Assembly (NCBI GenBank): GCA_029259175.1
Contig: JAPDJH010000001.1
Span: 128,001-192,000, forward strand
DNA length: 64,000 nucleotides
Direction: 5' to 3'
Origin: Hadesarchaea archaeon
GTDB taxonomy: Archaea; Hadarchaeota; Hadarchaeia; Hadarchaeales; Hadarchaeaceae
The position numbers and the translations under genes are program-made. Positions 57,215-64,000 of the stretch are shown piece by piece. Numbering within the stretch: the first letter of the stretch is position 1; each line of letters begins with the position of its first letter. The notes under the pieces were generated by a model. That model was not told the DNA's origin. It did no database searches and saw only the letters and a list, made by a program, of their open reading frames with translations.

Positions 57215-57757
57215 TTACCCCTCCACGTGCTCCGCCAGCTTTTCTAGTTTCTTCGACGTCTCCTCCAAAATTTGAACCATTCGATCGGCGGCCCGTTTAG
57301 AAAAATCTGCCTCGAGTCTTCGCCTCGCGTCGATCAGAGAACAAAACAGCCGGTGGACAGCTTCTCTTATTTTTCGTGCTTCATTTTCCGGGAGTTCGGA
57401 AAGAATCGTGAAGAATAGGGGCATCAGCAGTCTCTTCTTATCTTCAAACTGCTTTTTCAATTCTCTGAGTTCCTTCAGAAACTGTCTGCCTTTCGAAGTC
57501 AGAATATACCGTTTCATTCCTCCTTCCGCTTCCGATATTTCGGCAAGGCCTTCTCGGGTGAGCGCTGAGAGCAACGGATATATGGATCCCGGACGTGGGA
57601 TCCAGCACCCGTTTGTTTGTTCTGCGATCTCTCTAACAATTTCAGAGCCCGAGCGGGGACGCTGTCTTAAGAGTTCGAGAACCCAATAGCGCAAAAGACC
57701 CTTGGGAACTGCCGACATGTGCCTCGCCCAGCGAGAACACGGAAATCCGTATTTCAT
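57215..57757 (-). CDS. PadR-family regulator
   Basis: PRSGSEI...PRPGSIYPLL...YILTSKG. Confidence 0.88.
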   Translation of the reverse strand: MKYGFPCSRWARHMSAVPKGLLRYWVLELLRQRPRSGSEIVREIAEQTNGCWIPRPGSIYPLLSALTREGLAEISEAEGGMKRYILTSKGRQFLKELRELKKQFEDKKRLLMPLFFTILSELPENEARKIREAVHRLFCSLIDARRRLEADFSKRAADRMVQILEETSKKLEKLAEHVEG

Positions 57758-57758
57758 T

Positions 57759-57786
57759 ATATCGATGATGATATCAACGATGATAT
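57759..57786. promoter_or_regulatory. Two overlapping ATATC-N6-GATAT palindromes (probable PadR operator)
   Basis: Palindromes at 57759-57774 and 57771-57786, between the TTTAAA TATA box and the PadR ATG. Confidence 0.65.
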
Positions 57787-57821
57787 TTAAAAATTTGAGG
57801 GGGAGACGCAAAAATAGATAG

Positions 57822-58577
57822 ATGCGACTGGGAATCGCAGAGTTCTCTCTCCCCGGACAGGGGCTGGAAGAAAAACTGCAAACAGCCGAACACAAGCGGC
57901 TATGGATAGAGGTCGCAAATGACGGGGTGCCTTGGAAGTGCTGGAGGTGGAAATCCCTCCTGCCCTCTTACCGCGTGCGGGTGCGCTCCGTACAGGCCTT
58001 CTTGCAGCATCGGCTCAGCTTGTTGTCCAAATCCGAAGTGGAGCGAAAAGCCGCTCTGAATCATGTGATACAAACAATCGAGTTCGCGTCATTGGTGTCC
58101 GCCAAGCACGTGGTGGTGGTCCTATGCTACGGGAAACCTGAAGTCGAGGATGCTGATGAACAGAGCGTACGTGCTTTGGGCGAGATGGCGAAGGTGGCCG
58201 AGGACGCGGGAATCACCTTGGGGCTGGAACCTTTGGATCATGCGCGGACGAACTATAGACCGACGACCGAAGCGGTGTGGGAAATCGTCAAGCTCGTAAA
58301 CAACGATCACCTGAAACTCATGATAGATACCGGACACGCGTGGAATAACGGAGAGAACGTTGTAGAGATATTGGAAAGATTCAGAGACGTGGTATCGGAG
58401 ATTCACTTAAAAGATTCGGAATCAAAAGCACCCGGACTGGGAGCACTAGACTTTGAGCCGATAGTTAACGTCTGTGCTAACGCCAAAGGGTTGAAATGCT
58501 TAGAGTACTGCCCCAGGTCGAATCCAACAGCCGAACTCGAAAAAGCTCTGCAGACCGTTGCAAAGCTCAAGCAGTGA
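57822..58577 (+). CDS. Sugar phosphate isomerase/epimerase (TIM barrel)
   Basis: GLEP, DTGH, IHLKD, PGLGALDF, LEY. Confidence 0.85.
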   Translation: MRLGIAEFSLPGQGLEEKLQTAEHKRLWIEVANDGVPWKCWRWKSLLPSYRVRVRSVQAFLQHRLSLLSKSEVERKAALNHVIQTIEFASLVSAKHVVVVLCYGKPEVEDADEQSVRALGEMAKVAEDAGITLGLEPLDHARTNYRPTTEAVWEIVKLVNNDHLKLMIDTGHAWNNGENVVEILERFRDVVSEIHLKDSESKAPGLGALDFEPIVNVCANAKGLKCLEYCPRSNPTAELEKALQTVAKLKQ

Positions 58578-59586
58578 TTACAACCTTCAAACACTCTTTT
58601 GCCTCAACCACCAATCGGAATGCTTCTTGGATGCGGTCGAGAGGGAAGCGATGTGTAATGAGATCTCGAAGTGGCAGAGCGTTCTTCGCCAGTAAATCCA
58701 GTGATTGCTCCAAGTCGCGCGGAGCCGCTCCGTACGAGGTGAGCAAACGGATCTCGTTGCGCCAGTACTCGGTCACGGGGATTCTAAGCTGAACCTCGGG
58801 GGGCGGGACCGCGAAGAAAACAACCGATCCTCCGCGCTCGACACACTTCAAGGCCTGCTCCGCGGCACTAGGAGCTCCGGTGCACAAGATCACGTGATCG
58901 GCCAGACGTCCACCGTTAAGCTCGCGGAGTCCTTTTGGCACATCGGTTCGGGCGTCGAGGACTGCGTCCGCCCCGAAACGGCTCGCAGCTTGTTTGCGAT
59001 ACTCCGAGATATCCGTGGCGACCACCAACGAAGCCCCCTGGCGCCTAGCCAGCATCACGTGGAGCAGTCCAGAAACCCCGCTTCCCAAAACGAGAACCGA
59101 GTCCCCGGCCTGCACGCCTGAGAGTCGTTGTGCTCGAATCACACAAGCAAGTGGCTCCAACAGAGTTCCGACCTCATAGGAGATGTGAGGTGGAAGGTGG
59201 TACACGCCGCGCTCAGCGTTGATCGCCGGCACCCGGATGTACTCGGAAAATCCTCCCGGATCGTAATTGGTGGTGTGAAGTGTTTCACAGGCCGTTTCAT
59301 GACCGCGCGCACAGTAACGACAAGACCCACACGGAACGTGGTGGGAGACAAAAACACGGTCCCCCACTTTGACCCGCGAAACGCCCTCGCCCACTTCCAC
59401 TACCTCACCCGTTGCTTCGTGTCCAAGCACGCGCGGGGCCTTGGGAACTCTATACCACTCGAGCACATCACTTCCACATATCCCGCACGCGTGCATTTGC
59501 ATCAAAAACTCTCCCGGGCCTATCCGTGGAACCGGGCGCTCCTCAATCCGGATATCGCGGTTGTTGTAGTATACGGCCACTCGCAT
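58567..59586 (-). CDS. Zn-dependent (sorbitol/threonine-type) dehydrogenase
   Basis: CGICGSD, GHEATG, CxxCxxC, GSGVSG. Confidence 0.92.
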   Translation of the reverse strand: MRVAVYYNNRDIRIEERPVPRIGPGEFLMQMHACGICGSDVLEWYRVPKAPRVLGHEATGEVVEVGEGVSRVKVGDRVFVSHHVPCGSCRYCARGHETACETLHTTNYDPGGFSEYIRVPAINAERGVYHLPPHISYEVGTLLEPLACVIRAQRLSGVQAGDSVLVLGSGVSGLLHVMLARRQGASLVVATDISEYRKQAASRFGADAVLDARTDVPKGLRELNGGRLADHVILCTGAPSAAEQALKCVERGGSVVFFAVPPPEVQLRIPVTEYWRNEIRLLTSYGAAPRDLEQSLDLLAKNALPLRDLITHRFPLDRIQEAFRLVVEAKECLKVVITA

Positions 59587-59634
59587 TCCGCTCAAAAACA
59601 CCTTCTCATAGGAAGAATAAGAGCTTTCCAACTG

Positions 59635-60720
59635 TTAGCTTCGGATGCTCTTTGAAACTGCAAGGCCCGCAAGAGTTAACGCACACGCAAACAAAAACAC
59701 CGCTCGCATCCCGAAGAACTCAGAAATGGAGCCCCCTAACAACGGGCCAATCACCGCCGCGAGACTTATGGTCGAGCCAAGAACCCCCGTGGACGTCGCT
59801 CGCTCTACATTTTTTTCCAGCAAGTGCAAAAGAGAGCCAACGTAGAGGGCGCTCCACGCTATTCCAAGTAGCAACTGGACTGGGATGAGCTGAAGATAGG
59901 AGAAGCTAAAATGGTACGAGGCAAACACAACAGCTGAGAGCAAGAGTCCGAGTCTTAGAAGCTGTCCACCTTCTCCGCCCCGAGCTGTTCGCCCAATCAG
60001 ACCCATGAACAGAAACTGGCTGCCGGTGTTCAGAGCCATAATCAGTCCCACCCAAAAAATGCTGGCTCCGAGTTCTTCCCGCAGAAAGAGGGGGAACACG
60101 ATCCACATGGCCTGAGCCCCCGTGTGCCTCAACAAATAAGAAGCGTAAACTGCCGAATTCTCGCGAACCACCGTCCAGAACGGCCGTATGCGCACCAGCG
60201 GTTCCCGAAGCTCGCGAAAACCGAGCGACAACAAGAAGCCTGTAAAGAAGAAGAGGCCTGAAACGGCAAAAGCCAAAAACCAGTCGGAGAGCAGTCCTCC
60301 AAGCAGATAACCCGTGAACCATCCGAGCGAGCCAAATCCGGCGAACCACCCAACGCGCCGCCGATACCCGGAGCGGCCCGAGATATAGGCGAGCAAGGGA
60401 AAAGTGAACACCCCGATAGACAAACCGGCAAACCACCGGACTAAGACCATCGAAAACAGATCGTGCATGAAGACTTGGAGTGTGAATGTGAGAGCCGCCA
60501 GAGCGAAACCGGCTTGGATGAAGATCAAACGACGGCGTGTCAGATCAGAAAGGCAGCCGAAGAACGAGTAAGAAAAGAGAGAAGCGATACCATACGCCGT
60601 TCCAACTGTTCCGAGCTCTACAAAGGAAAGGCCGAGATCCCGGGCCAGCAAGGGCACGAACAGCCAAGAGAGCGATACCCCCACATTGCCAAAAAACATT
60701 AACGAATAGGCTGTGCGCAT
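59635..60720 (-). CDS. MFS transporter
   Basis: ~12 TM helices, GCLSDLTRRR motif A. Confidence 0.85.
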   Translation of the reverse strand: MRTAYSLMFFGNVGVSLSWLFVPLLARDLGLSFVELGTVGTAYGIASLFSYSFFGCLSDLTRRRLIFIQAGFALAALTFTLQVFMHDLFSMVLVRWFAGLSIGVFTFPLLAYISGRSGYRRRVGWFAGFGSLGWFTGYLLGGLLSDWFLAFAVSGLFFFTGFLLSLGFRELREPLVRIRPFWTVVRENSAVYASYLLRHTGAQAMWIVFPLFLREELGASIFWVGLIMALNTGSQFLFMGLIGRTARGGEGGQLLRLGLLLSAVVFASYHFSFSYLQLIPVQLLLGIAWSALYVGSLLHLLEKNVERATSTGVLGSTISLAAVIGPLLGGSISEFFGMRAVFLFACALTLAGLAVSKSIRS

Positions 60721-60766
60721 GGAGACCCTTTAACCCGTAGGACTGCGCCTTTTTAGAGTAGTTGTC

Positions 60767-61573
60767 TCAGCCAGATGTCGTGGCTCGCTTAGTCTCCTCA
60801 AAGACCTGCTGAGCCTCCTTGGGGGTCGCGTTCTCATGAATGATGGCCCGGATCGCTTTGGCCATCGCTACCGGGTAGTCGTGCTGCCAGATGTTCCGAC
60901 CGAGGTTGACTCCAATCGCGCCCTTTTGAATGGCATCGTACACCCAATTGAAAACCTCGAGTTCTGAATCCACCTTCGGTCCGCCGGCGATTACAATTGG
61001 TACGGGGCACCCGTCGACCACTTTTTCGAAACCCTCCTCGCAGTAATAGGTCTTGACCACTCGCGCGCCGAGCTCTGCGGCGATTCGGCTGGCGAGGGCA
61101 AGATAGCGGGCATCGCGTTTCTCCAGCTCCGCTCCCACGGCTGTCACGGCCATGGCCGGTATTCCGTAGTCCTCACACTCGTCCACTAAGCGGGCGAAGT
61201 TGAGTAGGGTCTGGTGTTCCCCCGGTGCCCCAACAAAGATCGACATAGACACAGCGCAGGCGTTGAGCCTTATTGCCTCTCTGACCGAGGTGATCTGACC
61301 TTCTTGGTCCAGCTCGGCGCGGCGAGCCATGCTCGTCCCGCCCGAGACCCGAAGGATAATTGGTTTGTCCACCGTGGGGTCAATGCAGTTGCGGAGAATG
61401 CCGCGCGTCAGCATTATCGCGTCAGCATACGGTAGAAGGGGCTTGATGGTCTCACCCGGCTTCTCCAGCTTGCGGGTTGGCCCTTGGAAATACCCGTGGT
61501 CGATCGGGATGAACAGCGCTCGGCCGTCGCGCTGAATCAACTTGGAGAGCCGGTTGCGCATTCCCCAGTCCAT
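60767..61573 (-). CDS. lsrF: LsrF-like class I aldolase/thiolase
   Basis: MDWGMRNRL, DHGYFQGPT, VKTYY, AGGPK, GRNIWQ. Confidence 0.88.
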   Translation of the reverse strand: MDWGMRNRLSKLIQRDGRALFIPIDHGYFQGPTRKLEKPGETIKPLLPYADAIMLTRGILRNCIDPTVDKPIILRVSGGTSMARRAELDQEGQITSVREAIRLNACAVSMSIFVGAPGEHQTLLNFARLVDECEDYGIPAMAVTAVGAELEKRDARYLALASRIAAELGARVVKTYYCEEGFEKVVDGCPVPIVIAGGPKVDSELEVFNWVYDAIQKGAIGVNLGRNIWQHDYPVAMAKAIRAIIHENATPKEAQQVFEETKRATTSG

Positions 61574-61700
61574 CCGGTCACCTCACGCAAGTGATTTGGC
61601 TTCCACAGTTATAAGTTTAGCCGGTGAATTTCTTACCCGCGCTAAGGTTTTCCCCTTTTGGAACGATATCGTTTAAGCCGCAGATCTTGCCGAAGCCATG

Positions 61701-61919
61701 CTATGGCTGTTGCTTGGGCCGGACGATCAGATACCCGTGATCTATGAGCCAATAGTGGAACTCGCGCGCGCTGTGTAAACACCCCTGTTTACAGATTTCG
61801 CGGATGCGCTCGTATTCCTCCGAGCCTTTCTCTTTGGTGTCGAGCAGTCGCTGGACGGGGCACCCCACATCTCTGCAGAACTCCCGGCTGCGGTACTCCT
61901 GGTAGCCCTCGGGAATCAT
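61701..61919 (-). CDS. Small Cys/His-containing hypothetical protein
   Basis: MIPEGY...FCRDVGC...CKQGC...FHYWL. Confidence 0.65.
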   Translation of the reverse strand: MIPEGYQEYRSREFCRDVGCPVQRLLDTKEKGSEEYERIREICKQGCLHSAREFHYWLIDHGYLIVRPKQQP

Positions 61920-62076
61920 CGGATGAACTAACAACTCAAAAGGTAAAAAACAGTCGGAAAACTCGGATTTCAAAACCATCAGACTGAAAGTCTCGGTGCG
62001 CGAACATCGAAAAACTGAATCGAATCCCCTTTCAGGGTAAGGATTAAAACCCATCGTTCAATGAAGAAATGATAGC

Positions 62077-62238
62077 ATGCCCGTGTGTAGCTCGTGCAAC
62101 CGCGAGATCCCGCCAGCCGAAGTGGCCGTTCACTTCCCGTGCCCCAACTGCGGAGAGACAGAAATCTGGCGGTGTTCCAAGTGTCGCCAGCTGAGCAAGG
62201 AGTACACCTGCTCGGCGTGCGGGTTCACCGGCCCGTGA
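62077..62238 (+). CDS. DUF1610/HVO_2753-family Zn-finger protein
   Basis: Below ORF-track cutoff: MPVCSSC...FPCPNCG...WRCSKCR...[11 protein letters not shown]; conserved position upstream of aEF-1beta. Confidence 0.9.
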   Translation: MPVCSSCNREIPPAEVAVHFPCPNCGETEIWRCSKCRQLSKEYTCSACGFTGP

Positions 62239-62247
62239 GGTGAGCGA

Positions 62248-62508
62248 ATGGCAAAAGTCGCTGTCACTCTCAAATTGATGCCCGAGGGTCTGGATGTTGA
62301 CCTCGGTCGCCTCGAGCAGCAGGTGCGGGAGCTCGCGGAGGTGTACTCGGTGTCGAGAGAGCCCATAGCTTTTGGACTTCAGGCTCTCAAAGTCACCGTG
62401 TTGGTGGAGGACGCCGCCGGAGCCAGCGACCAAGTGGAGGAAGCCCTGACCAAGCTCCCGGGTGTGAGCAACGTCCAAGTAGTCAGCTTAACGCGTGTGC
62501 TGGAGTGA
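62248..62508 (+). CDS. ef1b: Elongation factor 1-beta
   Basis: LKLMPE, EPIAFGL. Confidence 0.93.
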   Translation: MAKVAVTLKLMPEGLDVDLGRLEQQVRELAEVYSVSREPIAFGLQALKVTVLVEDAAGASDQVEEALTKLPGVSNVQVVSLTRVLE

Positions 62509-62510
62509 CT

Positions 62511-63533
62511 TTAGAGCTCCCAGTACTCTCTCAGCGCATGCTTCAGTCTTTCTATCGATGGTGGTGCTTTTCGTTTTTTTGGCGCGTCAAACCGCTCCCC
62601 CTGCATGGCCTTTACCATATACGTGGCACTCTCGCCTAGAGCCTGCAAGTCATATCCGCCTTCCAACACCACGAGCACCCTATGTTTGCACAGACGCCCA
62701 GCTACGTCACAGACCACGCCCATCATCCAGCCGTACATCTCGGAAGAAAGCAGAAGAGAGGTGAGCGGATCGCGCTGGTGCGCGTCAAATCCCGCTGACA
62801 CCGCTATGAACTCCGGCTTGAACTGCTCAGCGAGGGGTACAAAAACGTCCTCTATGGCCGTCCGATACTCCGCGTCCCCGCTTTCAGGCAGCATGGGGAC
62901 ATTGGCCGTGAACCCTTCTCCTTCTCCCACTCCTATCTCATCCACTCTTCCCGTTCCCGGGTACAGGGGCGATTGATGAAAAGAAATGTAGAACACCTCC
63001 GGGTCCTCAAAAAAGATGTCTTGCGTGCCGTTTCCGTGATGGGCATCGAAATCCAAGATGAGCGTGCGCTTGAGACCAAACTCCTGCTGGATTTTTCGGA
63101 TCGCTATCGCGATATTATTGAAGTAGCAAAACCCTCCTCCAGCGCTTCTGAGAGCGTGGTGTCCGGGTGGTCTGACAAGAGCAAAGGAGTTCTGAACCTC
63201 TCCTCTCCACGCCGCTCTCGCACCCTCGATCGCTCCTCCCGCGGAGAGCAAAGCGAGCTCATAGGTCTGCTTTCGTGTGGGCGTGTCCCCATCTATCGGG
63301 ATCTCCGAGGCGCTGAGCCTTCGAACCAGCTCAACATATTCAGCGCTGTGAACCGCGCGCACATCTCCTACCTTTGCCGGCTTTGGCTGTCGGACGGGAG
63401 TGGATGGAGAATCCCAGAGTCCAGCCCTTTCCAAGCCATCGATTATCGCGTTCAGGCGTTCGGCTCTCTCCGGATGCCCCCACCCAGTATCGTGCTCCAG
63501 ATACCGGGGAGTGTAAACGAGCAAAGTCTTCAT
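62511..63533 (-). CDS. Histone deacetylase-family amidohydrolase
   Basis: HPERAER, RPPGHHA, DFDAHHGNGT, SAGFD, LEGGY. Confidence 0.93.
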   Translation of the reverse strand: MKTLLVYTPRYLEHDTGWGHPERAERLNAIIDGLERAGLWDSPSTPVRQPKPAKVGDVRAVHSAEYVELVRRLSASEIPIDGDTPTRKQTYELALLSAGGAIEGARAAWRGEVQNSFALVRPPGHHALRSAGGGFCYFNNIAIAIRKIQQEFGLKRTLILDFDAHHGNGTQDIFFEDPEVFYISFHQSPLYPGTGRVDEIGVGEGEGFTANVPMLPESGDAEYRTAIEDVFVPLAEQFKPEFIAVSAGFDAHQRDPLTSLLLSSEMYGWMMGVVCDVAGRLCKHRVLVVLEGGYDLQALGESATYMVKAMQGERFDAPKKRKAPPSIERLKHALREYWEL

Positions 63534-64000
63534 TTCTTCTCCTCCAGCTCCGCGCGTTTGATGAGGTAATAACCGCGGGTTCCCATCCACTGCTTTTCAG
63601 CCTCCAGAATTCTTATCTTTTTCTTGAAAATCGGACCATCGACAACAAAGGTTTCGTATTCGCCGCCTTCCCCCACAGGATTTATTTGATAGCGATGACA
63701 GATCCGCAAGAATTCTTCTACAGCGGGGGCATCAAACGTCCTGCCGAGCCAGCGCTCGTCTAAACCATGGGCTGCGACTCCGGTGATCAGAATTTCGAAT
63801 CCCGAATCGACTTCCGCTTTCAGCACCTCTTCGGGCTGGCGCCCCCAGAGTGGTGCTATGGACTCCAAACCCAACTCCCTGCAGACGCTGTCGATTCTCG
63901 ATTTTTGATATCGCGACGCCACCGCACCGCTGACGACCCCTTCAGCATCGGCCTCCGCGAGCGCTTGCTTGAGAATCTCCACCTCCCGTTCCGGGTCCGT
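63530..64000 (-). CDS. dph6: Diphthine-ammonia ligase (5' end outside window)
   Basis: SGAVASRYQ, APLW, GEGGEYETFV. Confidence 0.9.
   Translation of the reverse strand, partial: TDPEREVEILKQALAEADAEGVVSGAVASRYQKSRIDSVCRELGLESIAPLWGRQPEEVLKAEVDSGFEILITGVAAHGLDERWLGRTFDAPAVEEFLRICHRYQINPVGEGGEYETFVVDGPIFKKKIRILEAEKQWMGTRGYYLIKRAELEEKK

Noticed and set aside
1-64000. CRISPR array, cas genes, reverse transcriptase, integrase or transposase
   Set aside because: No repeat-spacer periodicity or diagnostic motifs were seen by eye.

Overview
This is an archaeal chromosome segment. Evidence: GGTGA/GGAGG ribosome-binding sites, TATA-type promoters, aIF5A, aEF-1beta, Nob1, Dph6, a histone and a 5S rRNA-tRNA-Asp pair. 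A Hadarchaeota/Thermococci-like host is only an inference. Positions ~1-29 kb are an accessory defence/mobile island that runs off the left edge; no integrase or att site is visible. The island holds: (i) a four-gene operon (RelE/DUF4258-like RNase, beta-CASP nuclease, HEXXH protease-wHTH, polytopic GxGD/A24 membrane protease) opposite an RHH regulator; (ii) a decayed Mrr and a PLD nuclease; (iii) GHKL ATPase + small protein + PD-(D/E)XK REase, divergent from an m5C methyltransferase + MIG-type T/G glycosylase; (iv) EVE, an m6A MTase, R.PabI and a second PabI-fold paralogue that has lost two catalytic residues; (v) further nucleases and an orphan HhH glycosylase; (vi) ParB plus a DNA MTase with four tandem SPPY cassettes; (vii) a wHTH-nucleotidyltransferase pair. 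From ~29 kb onward the window is mostly core genome, with decayed toxin-antitoxin (TA) genes after tRNA-Asp. The ORF track missed several real genes: the A24-type protease, the RHH, a histone, two paralogous 49-aa membrane microproteins beside the Pit transporters, and a DUF1610 zinc finger. The best candidates for undescribed systems are the active/inactive PabI pair, the 4xSPPY methyltransferase and the nuclease-protease operon at the left edge. All family assignments come from motif recognition by eye; no searches were run.
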